Below, in pieces: positions 1 through 8,922 of a stretch of DNA of 21,483 nt. Numbering within the stretch: the stretch's first letter is position 1; every line of letters begins with the position of its first letter. A program made the position numbers and the translations under genes. The DNA lies in the NCBI GenBank assembly GCA_029246845.1, contig JAQWMJ010000001.1, positions 1-21,483 of the forward strand, given 5' to 3'. Under the pieces are notes generated by a model. That model saw only the letters and a program-made list of their open reading frames with translations, was not told where the DNA came from and ran no database searches. Origin of the DNA: Thermodesulfobacteriota bacterium. GTDB lineage: Bacteria; Desulfobacterota_D; UBA1144.

Positions 1-3000
1 GGATTTGAATGTTTTAAATCGTAAATCAATTGAGCTAAGTCTTCTATACTATAAATATCATGGTGTGGTGGTGGAGATATTAATCCTACTCCTGGAGTTG
101 ATAATCTTTGTGAAGCAATTTCTTGAGTAACTTTTTCTCCAGGGATTTGTCCTCCCTCACCGGGCTTTGCTCCCTGAGCCATTTTAATCTCGATTTGCTT
201 AGCAGAAGCCAAATATTCTGGAGTAACTCCAAATCTTCCTGAAGCCACTTGTTTTATAGCACTATTTCTTAGATTGCCGTTATCATCTCGAGTAAATCTA
301 TCCGAATTTTCTCCACCTTCCCCACTATTACTTTTACCCCCGATTTCATTCATTGCTATTGCAACAGCTTCATGCGCCTCTGTACTGAGCGCACCATGAG
401 ACATTGCTCCTGTTCTAAATCTTTTCATTATCTCTTCTACAGATTCAACCTTACTTATGTCAATTTTCTTATTTGAGCTAAATTTCAATAAGTCTCTAAT
501 GAGAAAAGGTGGTCGATCTTCAGACATTTTAACGTATCTCTTATAGTCATCATAGGAACCTGTCTTAGAGGCTCTCCTGATTGCTTTAAACACTGGAGGG
601 TTCAACGAATGATACTCACCGTCTTTTCTAAATCTATAGATACCTTCTTCTTTAAGTTTGTTGTCAGGTTCTTGAAATCCTCTGGAATGAAGAAAAAGTG
701 TATCAGATTGGAAGTTGGCTAAAGACACACCGCCAAGTCTGCTAACAGTTCCTGGAAAGAATTCATCAGAGGTATCTTCATCAATACCAATAATCTCAAA
801 AATCTGAGATCCTGTATAACTAGCAACAGTACTGATTCCCATCTTAGACATAACCTTTAAAATTCCTCTTTCTAAAGCTAGTTTATAATTTGATTCATAT
901 TGTTTGGGGTCTCCATCAAATTTTTTCATCCAATCGGTGGAGCTAGCAAAAGCAAGATAAGGATTGACTGCTGACGCCCCATAGCCTAGCAAACAACATA
1001 TATGATGGTCTTCTTTAATTTCAGCACTTTCTACTATAATAGAAACATTCATTCTTTTGCCTGATTGTATCAACTGATTATGAATAGCGCTAACCGCCAA
1101 AAGTATTGGTATTGCGCATTTGTCTTTTGATATACCTCTATCGGATAAAATCAACACAGTGGTGCCGTTATCGACCTCTTTAATTGCTGCCTCCTTTAGA
1201 TTACTTAAGGATTCTTTTAAATTATTATTCTTATTTATTTCAAATAGAGTATTTAATTTTGATACCTTAAAAGAAGATGAATCTAGATTGTTAATCCATG
1301 AAAATTCTTTATTTGTTAAAACTGGAGAATCAAAAAACATATAATCGTTGTCATTTTCAATTTTATCGAAAAAGTTTGACTTATTACCCATCACAACTCT
1401 TAGAGACATAACGCTATCTTCTCGGTATGGATCGATAGGTGGATTTGTGACCTGAGCAAATCTTTGTTTAAAATAAGAGAAAACTGATTTTGGCTTAGAA
1501 GAAAGGGCAGCTATTGGGGTATCGTCCCCCATTGACCCTATTGGCTCTTTACCGGTCAAACTCATTGGCTCAATCAGCCTTTCCAAGTCCTCTAAGGAAT
1601 AACCAAAAGCTTTTTGAAGGAGAAGCAAATTATCTTCATCAATATGCGATTCTTGGTCAATACTAACTTCTGTTGATTCAATTATTTCTTTCGCACTTAA
1701 AAATTTTTCACTAGTCCACTTAGTAAAGTTTTCACTATTCGAAATACTATCTTTTACTTCTTTATCAAAAAGCAAAACTTTTTCTTTTGTATCTACAGCT
1801 AAAATTTTTCCCGGACCAACTCTGCCAGACCTTACTATATCTCTAGGTTGCAAATTTAACATTCCAGCTTCAGACCCCAGAACAATCATGTCATCTTTAG
1901 TTATGTGATATCTAATAGGCCTTAATCCGTTCCTATCTAGGACAGCTCCGATATACCTTCCATCGGTAAAAACAATAGCAGAAGGTCCATCCCAAGGCTC
2001 AACTATACATGAGCTATAATCATAAAAAGCCTTTGCACTTGCAGACAAGTCGGAAATCTTCTCATATGCTTCAGGAACAAGCATACAAATAGATTCCAAT
2101 ATGCTCCTTCCAGAAAGGGTCATTAGCTCTAAGGCATTATCAAGTTCTGAAGAGTCACTACCGTCATCGTCCACAAAAGGTTTAAGTGATTCTATGTCCT
2201 CTTTCCAGACCTTTGATACCGCACAATTCTCTCTTGCTTTCATCCAATTTCTATTTCCTTGGATTGTATTTATCTCGCCATTGTGACCTAAGGTTCTAAA
2301 GGGGTGAGCTCTTTTCCAATCTGGGAACGTGTTAGTACTATATCTTTGATGAAAGATGGCCATTGAGGTTTTAAAATTAGGATTCCTTAAGTCTAAATAA
2401 AACTGATCAAGCTGATGTGCTTGAAGCATACCTTTATATAAAATAGTTTTTGAGGAAAGCGAACAACAATAGTAATCGTTAACAGTGCTAATCTCTCTAG
2501 TGATAGTCTTCCTTAACTTATAAAGATCTCTTTCGAAAACATCTTGATCAATAAAAATTTTGGCAGAAATAAAAAATTGGTATATCTCTGGCATACTTTC
2601 TCTAGCAACTGTTCCTATTGAAGCGGGATTAACTGGAACCTCTCTAATAGCAATAAGATTAAATTCTTTACTAATTATATTTTTAATCTTTTTATTGCAT
2701 TCATCAAATTGTGGAGTTTTAATACTAGGTAAAAAAAACATTCCTACGGCCAGATTTCCTAAGGTTATATCTTGAACTTTATTATCAGCAAAAAAATCAT
2801 TAAATAGTTCTAATGGAATCTGAGTTAGAACACCTGCTCCATCACCAGTTTTTTTATCTCCTCCAACAGCTCCTCTATGAGTTAAATTAACAACTCCTTC
2901 AAGAGCTTTCTGAAGAATTTTATTGGTTCTCTTACCATTGATATCTGCAACAAAACCCACTCCACATGCGTCATGTTCAAATTGTTTCTCATATAAAAGT

Positions 3001-3014
3001 CTATTTCTTTTCAT
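1..3014 (-). CDS. gltB: Glutamate synthase large subunit, N-terminal ~1000 aa; runs off the window's left edge (absent from the ORF track, presumably because its stop is outside the window)
   Basis: Manual translation from ATG at 3014 gives MKRNRLLYEKQFEHDACGVGFVADING (GATase2 Cys motif). Internal motifs include HQRYSTNTFP, HNGEINT, EPWDGP, LDRNGLRP, FAQVTNPPIDP, SNSAIKQVASGRFGV-like LRNSAIKQVASGRFGV and EIKMAQGAKPGEGGQIPG. It ends ISPPPHHDIYSIEDLAQLIYDLKHSN at the edge, in the same frame as the start. Confidence 0.97.
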   Translation of the reverse strand, partial: MKRNRLLYEKQFEHDACGVGFVADINGKRTNKILQKALEGVVNLTHRGAVGGDKKTGDGAGVLTQIPLELFNDFFADNKVQDITLGNLAVGMFFLPSIKTPQFDECNKKIKNIISKEFNLIAIREVPVNPASIGTVARESMPEIYQFFISAKIFIDQDVFERDLYKLRKTITREISTVNDYYCCSLSSKTILYKGMLQAHQLDQFYLDLRNPNFKTSMAIFHQRYSTNTFPDWKRAHPFRTLGHNGEINTIQGNRNWMKARENCAVSKVWKEDIESLKPFVDDDGSDSSELDNALELMTLSGRSILESICMLVPEAYEKISDLSASAKAFYDYSSCIVEPWDGPSAIVFTDGRYIGAVLDRNGLRPIRYHITKDDMIVLGSEAGMLNLQPRDIVRSGRVGPGKILAVDTKEKVLLFDKEVKDSISNSENFTKWTSEKFLSAKEIIESTEVSIDQESHIDEDNLLLLQKAFGYSLEDLERLIEPMSLTGKEPIGSMGDDTPIAALSSKPKSVFSYFKQRFAQVTNPPIDPYREDSVMSLRVVMGNKSNFFDKIENDNDYMFFDSPVLTNKEFSWINNLDSSSFKVSKLNTLFEINKNNNLKESLSNLKEAAIKEVDNGTTVLILSDRGISKDKCAIPILLAVSAIHNQLIQSGKRMNVSIIVESAEIKEDHHICCLLGYGASAVNPYLAFASSTDWMKKFDGDPKQYESNYKLALERGILKVMSKMGISTVASYTGSQIFEIIGIDEDTSDEFFPGTVSRLGGVSLANFQSDTLFLHSRGFQEPDNKLKEEGIYRFRKDGEYHSLNPPVFKAIRRASKTGSYDDYKRYVKMSEDRPPFLIRDLLKFSSNKKIDISKVESVEEIMKRFRTGAMSHGALSTEAHEAVAIAMNEIGGKSNSGEGGENSDRFTRDDNGNLRNSAIKQVASGRFGVTPEYLASAKQIEIKMAQGAKPGEGGQIPGEKVTQEIASQRLSTPGVGLISPPPHHDIYSIEDLAQLIYDLKHSN

Positions 3015-3172
3015 AACAAAACCAAACGGGGATAATAATCTAATTTTACACTAAAAAACAGACAAAATTGAAATTTTTTAAATTGTAATAAATGAACTAG
3101 TAATCTATCAGAAAAAGAAATCTAATATAATCTTTTATAAAATTAAAAATCCTATACAATATTATTTAGATA

Positions 3173-3965
3173 ATGAAAAATGATGTTCCTATTGTCTTAT
3201 GTATAGCTGGATCTGATTCTGGTGGTGGAGCTGGAATACAAGCAGATATAAAAACTCTTACATCATTAAAAGTCTTTGCTACAACAGCAATAACATGTGT
3301 AACAGCCCAGAATACCAAGGAAGTTATATCTATCAAAAAGCTACCTGTAAAAATTATTACTGAACAAATTGAAGCAGTTGGCGATGACCTCAATGTGTCA
3401 GCAATCAAAATTGGAATGCTTTATGATTCTAGTATCATGAAAGCGGTTAGTAAATTATTAGAAAAATTCCCTGGGACCCCTATCATTGTTGATCCTGTGA
3501 TGATTTCAAAGTCTGGGGATTATCTTTTGAGACCGGAATCAATTAAATTTTTTATTAAGAATATTATTCCAAAATCTTATCTAATAACACCAAATATCCA
3601 CGAGGCGCTTAGGATAACAAAAATGAAAAAAATTGAGTCTATAGTTGAGATTAAAGAATGCTTTAATAAGTTTATAAGCTTGGGAGCCTCTAGTGTATTG
3701 ATAAGGTGGGCATTTGGCAAATAAAACAACTTCTACGGATTACCTATATTTTAATAAAAAAATTTATACTATTTCCGGTAAAAGATATCTTACAAAAAAT
3801 ACTCATGGCACTGGATGTACCTTATCTGCGGCAATTTCTGGTAATATAGCTTTAGGTATGAATTTACTTATAGCAACAAAAAAAGCAAAAGCCTTTATTA
3901 ATAAGGCAATAAAGAAATCATTTAATATTGGAGAGGGCCATGGGCCTTTAAATCATTTTTCATAG
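3173..3965 (+). pseudogene. thiD: Hydroxymethylpyrimidine/phosphomethylpyrimidine kinase split by a frameshift at ~3704 (pseudogene or sequencing error)
   Basis: ORF 3173-3724 has IAGSDSGGGAGIQADIKT, TAQNT, IKIGML, DPVMISKSG and LITPNIHEA. ORF 3714-3965 has NTHGTGCTLSAAI and GEGHGPLNH. The junction reads GTA TTG ATA A GGT GGG CAT, so adding AA restores VLIKGGH. Confidence 0.9.
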
Positions 3966-3976
3966 GAGCAAAAATA

Positions 3977-4828
3977 ATGAGTAAAATAATAGATGGGAAA
4001 CTAGTGTCTGCAAATATCAGAGAGCAAATCAAGAAACGTACTAAAGCTATAGAGGAAAAATATTCTAGAACACCGGGCCTAGCTGCGGTTCTTGTGGGGG
4101 AAGATGCAGCTTCACAGATTTATGTTAGAAATAAAAGAAAATCTTGTGCAGATGTTGGTATATATTCTGAAGAGCATAAGCTTCCAGAATCTACAACCGA
4201 AGATGGTTTATTAGAATTAATTGATAAGTTGAATAATGATGTGAATATCAACGGGATATTAGTCCAGCTTCCTTTGCCAAATCATATAGATGAATCAAAT
4301 ATCTTGAGTTCCGTTACGCCTGAAAAAGATGTAGATGGATTCCATCCTATTAATGCGGGGCATTTATTTGAAGGTAAGCCTAAATTTATCCCTTGCACAC
4401 CCCACGGAATTATAAAGATGCTAGAGTTTTACAATATAGATATTGAAGGTAAAAATGCTGTTGTTTTAGGTAGGAGCAATATTGTAGGGAAACCAGCTGC
4501 AATACTGTTGCTTCAAAAAAATGCGACTGTTACCATCTGTCACTCTAGAACAAAGAATCTCAATGATGAATTAAAAAAAGCCGATATTATTGTAGCTGCA
4601 ATTGGAAAAGCTCATTTTATAAAGAAAGAAATGGTAAAAGAGGGAGCTGTTATAATAGATGTTGGAATCAATAGATTAGAAACCGGAAAACTTGCAGGAG
4701 ATGTGGATTTTGATCAAGTACAAGAAGCAGCAAGCTTTATAACCCCCGTTCCAGGTGGAGTAGGACCTATGACGATTACTATGCTATTGTGGAACACTCT
4801 TACTTCTTTAGAGGACTCAATTGGTTGA
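3977..4828 (+). CDS. folD: Bifunctional methylenetetrahydrofolate dehydrogenase/cyclohydrolase
   Basis: Motifs IIDGK, ASQIYV, GILVQLPLP, KDVDGFHP, PCTP, GRSNIVGKP, TVTICHS, IDVGINR and TPVPGGVGPMT. AGGAG Shine-Dalgarno at 3964-3968. Confidence 0.98.
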   Translation: MSKIIDGKLVSANIREQIKKRTKAIEEKYSRTPGLAAVLVGEDAASQIYVRNKRKSCADVGIYSEEHKLPESTTEDGLLELIDKLNNDVNINGILVQLPLPNHIDESNILSSVTPEKDVDGFHPINAGHLFEGKPKFIPCTPHGIIKMLEFYNIDIEGKNAVVLGRSNIVGKPAAILLLQKNATVTICHSRTKNLNDELKKADIIVAAIGKAHFIKKEMVKEGAVIIDVGINRLETGKLAGDVDFDQVQEAASFITPVPGGVGPMTITMLLWNTLTSLEDSIG

Positions 4829-5149
4829 TTGTTTTATTATATAATTACCTTCGGTATCCTTTCCATCGAAAATCAATTTGACTGATGGGTGAGTAAAAGG
4901 ATTTTTTTCTTCATCCTCTTCTAAATTCTGTTGTGAAACGTATGCTATATAAACTGTTTTATCTTCATTCTCAGCAAGCACATGATAAAAGGGCTGATCC
5001 TTACTGGGTCTGCGGTCTTCAGGGATTCTTTCCAACCATTCATCTGTATTATTAAAAATAGGGTCTACATCAAAAATTATTCCCCTGAAGTTAAATTTTT
5101 TATGCTTGACTACCACGCCTAATTTAAACTTTGCCGGTTTAACGCTCAT
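4817..5149 (-). CDS. hspQ: Heat shock protein HspQ (YccV-like domain); start placed at ATG 5149 (ORF track uses 5170)
   Basis: AKFKLGVVVKHKKFNFRGIIFDVDP...RPSKDQPFYHVLAENE...YIAYVSQQNL matches the HspQ/YccV pattern. Confidence 0.9.
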   Translation of the reverse strand: MSVKPAKFKLGVVVKHKKFNFRGIIFDVDPIFNNTDEWLERIPEDRRPSKDQPFYHVLAENEDKTVYIAYVSQQNLEEDEEKNPFTHPSVKLIFDGKDTEGNYIIKQSTN

Positions 5150-5155
5150 GTAAAA

Positions 5156-5183
5156 ATGATATACATTCATTTGTAGTTTTCAA
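5156..5183 (-). promoter_or_regulatory. Putative sigma70 promoter of hspQ
   Basis: TTGAAA (5183-5178), 16 nt, TATCAT (5161-5156), 6 nt, then ATG 5149. Confidence 0.5.
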
Positions 5184-5716
5184 TAACTAATGCTATTCAA
5201 TTTATCTATATCTTGTTTATCTAAATCTATAAGAATTTCTTTCAAAGTTTTGTTTAAGATTGGATGAGTTAGCTCAGGTTCTATCTCAATCAAAGGCATA
5301 AGAACAAAAGCTCTTAAGTGCGCACGAGGATGGGGGATTTGAAGTAATCCATTATGTTCCTGTAAGTCAACCATGACATGATTACCCATTGATTTCATCA
5401 ATATTATATCAATATCAATTATTCTAGGTTTATTAACCTCGACTAAATTCCTTCCAAAATCACTCTCGATTGTTTTAGCTATTTTTAATAATTCTAACGA
5501 ATCTAATTCAGAGCTAATCTTTAAAGCAATATTTAGAAATTTAGGTTGCTCTATATTGGAGATAGCTAAACTTTCATATAAGCTTGATACTCTCTCTATT
5601 TGAATGTATTCCCCATTCGAAAGTGCCGAACTAGAAAAAAGACTATTAATTGCTTTACTTAAATTGTGCTCTCTATTACCAATGTTGGACCCTAAGGATA
5701 AATAAAATTCATTCAC
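5180..5716 (-). CDS. folK: 2-amino-4-hydroxy-6-hydroxymethyldihydropteridine diphosphokinase (GTG start)
   Basis: Motifs YLSLGSNIG, VSSLYES, FLN, PRIIDIDII and IPHPRAHLRAFVLMPL. Confidence 0.96.
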   Translation of the reverse strand: MNEFYLSLGSNIGNREHNLSKAINSLFSSSALSNGEYIQIERVSSLYESLAISNIEQPKFLNIALKISSELDSLELLKIAKTIESDFGRNLVEVNKPRIIDIDIILMKSMGNHVMVDLQEHNGLLQIPHPRAHLRAFVLMPLIEIEPELTHPILNKTLKEILIDLDKQDIDKLNSISY

Positions 5717-5722
5717 TTTCTT

Positions 5723-5728
5723 ATTATA
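5723..5728 (-). promoter_or_regulatory. Putative -10 box of folK
   Basis: Perfect TATAAT on the minus strand, 6 nt before the GTG at 5716. Confidence 0.55.
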
Positions 5729-5738
5729 ATTTATTTTT

Positions 5739-5767
5739 TTGACTTGTTAATATTTTCTGTTTATCTT
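5739..5767 (+). promoter_or_regulatory. Putative sigma70 promoter of phhB
   Basis: TTGACT (5739-5744), 17 nt, TATCTT (5762-5767), 6 nt, then ATG 5774. Confidence 0.6.
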
Positions 5768-5773
5768 CAATTT

Positions 5774-6052
5774 ATGGTTAGAAAAGCAAAAGCATTATCA
5801 GACGACAAAGTTAAACAACTTGTTCCAACGTGGGCAATAAAAAAGAAGAAGCTTTATAAGAAATTTATTTTTTCAAATTTCTCGGATGCACTAGGGTTTA
5901 TAGTGCAGATAGGTATTGAATCTGAGAAATTAGATCATCATCCCACTATTTTAAATACATACAATAAAGTGGAAATATCACTTTCTACCCACTCTATTGA
6001 TGGTTTATCTGATTTAGATGTAAAACTTGCCAATAATATTGATAATATTTAG
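5774..6052 (+). CDS. phhB: Pterin-4-alpha-carbinolamine dehydratase (PhhB/PCD); start placed at ATG 5774
   Basis: Motifs W...LYKKFIFSNF, ESEKLDHHP, YNKV, LSTH and GLSDLDVKLA are the PCD family signature. Confidence 0.93.
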   Translation: MVRKAKALSDDKVKQLVPTWAIKKKKLYKKFIFSNFSDALGFIVQIGIESEKLDHHPTILNTYNKVEISLSTHSIDGLSDLDVKLANNIDNI

Positions 6053-6261
6053 ATATCAATAACATTTGAATCATCGTCATCCTTAGATTCTGACTTGTAA
6101 GATGTATCTTGTTTCCTCTTTTTGAAAAAAAAACTATAAAGTTTAGTAATAAAAAAAATTCCTAAAACAATAAGAAAACCCAACCCAAAAATAAAAACTA
6201 GCCCTACTATTATTAGTATGCTCAGAATAGACGATGTAGTAATCTTTACATTTCTTATCAT
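6049..6261 (-). CDS. Small (70 aa) membrane protein of unknown function
   Basis: About 28 hydrophobic residues followed by KKRK (positive-inside) and an acidic tail. Its ATG overlaps the secA TGA (ATGA at 6258-6261), and it fills the gap between secA and phhB exactly. Confidence 0.75.
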   Translation of the reverse strand: MIRNVKITTSSILSILIIVGLVFIFGLGFLIVLGIFFITKLYSFFFKKRKQDTSYKSESKDDDDSNVIDI

Positions 6262-8900
6262 TTTCTTTGTTTTTTCCTTTGAATCCTTTTTTGTTTTTCC
6301 AACACTCTTCTCTTATTTTTTTCCTTTTGCATTTTATTCTTCAAAATAGACTTAGTCTTATTTTTATTATCTTCTTCTTTTGGTTGAAAATCTATCTTTT
6401 CTTCATCAGCAACAATTTCAGAGTCGCTAAGATACTCAACTTGTTCTTGTTTATTTTTTTCTTTTTCTAATTTAGTTATTTCCTCGGGTGTCACAGGTTC
6501 TACTGCCATAAAACTTCTAAGAGCATCATAATTAAATCTCTCTATCATTTCTTCAAACATATCAAACCCTTCTTTCTTGTATTCCCTTAGAGGGTTTTTC
6601 TGGCCATAAGCTCTTAATCCCACACTATCTCTTAAATAGTCCATACTCAATAAATGTTCTTTCCAGCTCATATCAAGCGTAGTCAATAAAATATACTTTG
6701 ATACCGGCTTGTATAATTCACCCAATGATAAAATCTTATCATTTATCTTAGACTCAATTAAATCTTTTAATTCGTCTAAAGAATCAAATTCAAGATCAGA
6801 GGATAACCCCAATGCAGTAATCACAGATTGACGATCAGAATCTGACAAAGTCTGAGAATCTTTGTGAGATTTCTCAATATTTAAGAAAACGTTTTCAGAT
6901 ATATCAGATAATATCTCAGTTATTTCCCCATCTCTGAGCAATTTATTCCTAATACCATAAACAACTTCTCTTTGTTTATTTTGAACATCATCATATTCTA
7001 ATAAATACTTCCGCATTTCAAAATTTCTTCCCTCAACCTTTTTTTGAGCATTCTCCAAAGAGCTTGTAATTATCTTGTGTTCGATAGGTTCGCCTTCTTT
7101 CCATCCAAATTTTGTCATCATTGTGGACATCCTTTCCGAACCAAACAATCTCATTAAATCATCTTCCATTGAGACAAAAAATTGGCTTCTACCAGGATCA
7201 CCTTGTCTTCCTGATCTTCCTCTTAATTGATTATCAATTCTTCTAGACTCATGCCTCTCCGTTCCTAAAACAATTAGCCCACCTAAATCTAAAATCTTTT
7301 TCCTTTCTTCTTCTATCTGACTGATTAATATTTTACTTTCCACAGACTGATTGTTTTGAGAGTCAGAACTTCCTCCGAGCTTAATATCAGTTCCTCTACC
7401 TGCCATATTTGTCGCAATTGTTACTGCCCCTATCCTGCCAGCATCTGCTATAATCTCTGACTCGTATTCATGATTCTTTGCATTTAAGACCTTATGCTCG
7501 ACTCCTTTCTTTTTTAATTCTTTACTTAATTCTTCAGATTTTTCAACTGATATTGTTCCAACAAGGATAGGATTTTTATTAGTATTAAACTCGAGAATTG
7601 TTTCAATAACGGCGTTAAACTTTTCGCTTTCTGTTCTATAAATTAAATCATTTAAATCTTCTCTTACCATCGGCGCATTAGTAGGTATTACTAATACTTT
7701 TAAATTATAAATATTATCAAATTCTCTTGATTCTGTATCAGCAGTTCCCGTCATACCCGACAACTTTTCGTACATTCTGAAATAATTTTGAATAGTTATG
7801 GAAGCCAGCGTCTGGTTTTCTTCCTCTACTTTTAATCTTTCCTTTGCTTCAACTGCCTGATGCAAACCCTCACCCCATCTCCTTGTGGGCATTAACCGAC
7901 CGGTAAATTCATCAATTATTACAATCTTTTCATCCTGCACAATGTAATCTTTGTCTCTCTCGTACATATGAATGGCCCTAAGCGCTTGTGTTATAGAATG
8001 AAGAGTTATCAGATTGCTGGGATCGTAAAGATTAGATAATGATAGAGTTTTTTCTATCTTTTCTATTCCAGATTCAAGAATAAAGACTTGCTTAGTCTTT
8101 TCATCTTTTGTTACATCATCTAAAGTTAAGCTCCTTGCAACATTAGTCATTTGCGAATAATCAATAACTGAGCTATCGGTTGGTCCTGAAATTATCAGTG
8201 GAGTCCTAGCCTCATCAATTAGTATGCTGTCAACCTCATCTACGATTGCAAAGAAATGACTAGATTGAGATACTTCGTCTAATGAATATTTCATATTATC
8301 TCTGAGGTAGTCAAAACCAAATTCACTATTAGTCCCGTAAACTACGTCTGCCAAATAAACATCTTTCCTGTTTGATTCAATAAGAAGGTACTCTCCTGAA
8401 TCACTTTCGTTAACTAGATAAGAGGCATCACTATTTAATATCCCTACTTTCAGCCCCAAAGATATATAGATTGGGGACATCCAAAGAGCATCTCTTCTAG
8501 CCAAATAGTCATTAACTGTTATAAGATGAACACTCTGATAAAGTGAATTGAGCGTTACTGCCAAGGAAGCCACTAAAGTTTTACCTTCACCGGTCTTCAT
8601 TTCCGAAATTTTACCCTCATGAAGGGCAATTGCCCCTAAAAGTTGAACATCAAAAGGTCTTAACCCAAGCTTTCTATTTGAGGTCTCTCTGGCTATAGCC
8701 AACACTCTTGAGAGATGTTCGTCAAGCTCTTTAGGATTCTGTATTTGTAATCTAATAGCAGAGATTTCATCTTTAAGCTCTATGTCAGTTTTATCATGAA
8801 TTTCATTCTCTAGATTATTTATAGAATCAACCATCTTGTTGATTCTGGACAGCTCTCGCTTGTTATCTGAGCCAAATATTTTTTTGATTAGATTTATCAT
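6258..8900 (-). CDS. secA: Preprotein translocase ATPase SecA
   Basis: Motifs MKTGEGKT, VNDYLARRD, FGFDYLRDN, DEVDSILIDEARTPLIISG, GMTGTA, TIATNMAGRGTDI and RRIDNQLRGRSGRQGDPG. Confidence 0.99.
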   Translation of the reverse strand: MINLIKKIFGSDNKRELSRINKMVDSINNLENEIHDKTDIELKDEISAIRLQIQNPKELDEHLSRVLAIARETSNRKLGLRPFDVQLLGAIALHEGKISEMKTGEGKTLVASLAVTLNSLYQSVHLITVNDYLARRDALWMSPIYISLGLKVGILNSDASYLVNESDSGEYLLIESNRKDVYLADVVYGTNSEFGFDYLRDNMKYSLDEVSQSSHFFAIVDEVDSILIDEARTPLIISGPTDSSVIDYSQMTNVARSLTLDDVTKDEKTKQVFILESGIEKIEKTLSLSNLYDPSNLITLHSITQALRAIHMYERDKDYIVQDEKIVIIDEFTGRLMPTRRWGEGLHQAVEAKERLKVEEENQTLASITIQNYFRMYEKLSGMTGTADTESREFDNIYNLKVLVIPTNAPMVREDLNDLIYRTESEKFNAVIETILEFNTNKNPILVGTISVEKSEELSKELKKKGVEHKVLNAKNHEYESEIIADAGRIGAVTIATNMAGRGTDIKLGGSSDSQNNQSVESKILISQIEEERKKILDLGGLIVLGTERHESRRIDNQLRGRSGRQGDPGRSQFFVSMEDDLMRLFGSERMSTMMTKFGWKEGEPIEHKIITSSLENAQKKVEGRNFEMRKYLLEYDDVQNKQREVVYGIRNKLLRDGEITEILSDISENVFLNIEKSHKDSQTLSDSDRQSVITALGLSSDLEFDSLDELKDLIESKINDKILSLGELYKPVSKYILLTTLDMSWKEHLLSMDYLRDSVGLRAYGQKNPLREYKKEGFDMFEEMIERFNYDALRSFMAVEPVTPEEITKLEKEKNKQEQVEYLSDSEIVADEEKIDFQPKEEDNKNKTKSILKNKMQKEKNKRRVLEKQKRIQRKKQRK

Positions 8901-8922
8901 TACAAATTCAAATCTTAAAAAT

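Noticed and set aside
1120..2775. Three short plus-strand ORFs (1120-1344, 2101-2286, 2560-2775)
   Set aside because: They lie antisense to gltB and show no protein motifs, so they are shadow ORFs.
3015..3172. Possible TPP riboswitch or sRNA in the largest intergenic gap, upstream of thiD
   Set aside because: Extremely AT-rich, with no CUGAGA core or GC-paired stems. Short palindromes such as TTTTATAAAA are expected by chance.
3701..3716. Programmed frameshift or deliberate two-subunit ThiD
   Set aside because: There is no slippery heptamer or downstream structure, and either route destroys the conserved KGGH motif.
6241..6480. T-rich low-complexity tract resembling a repeat or terminator
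   Set aside because: It is explained by the Lys/Glu-rich codons of the SecA tail on the minus strand.
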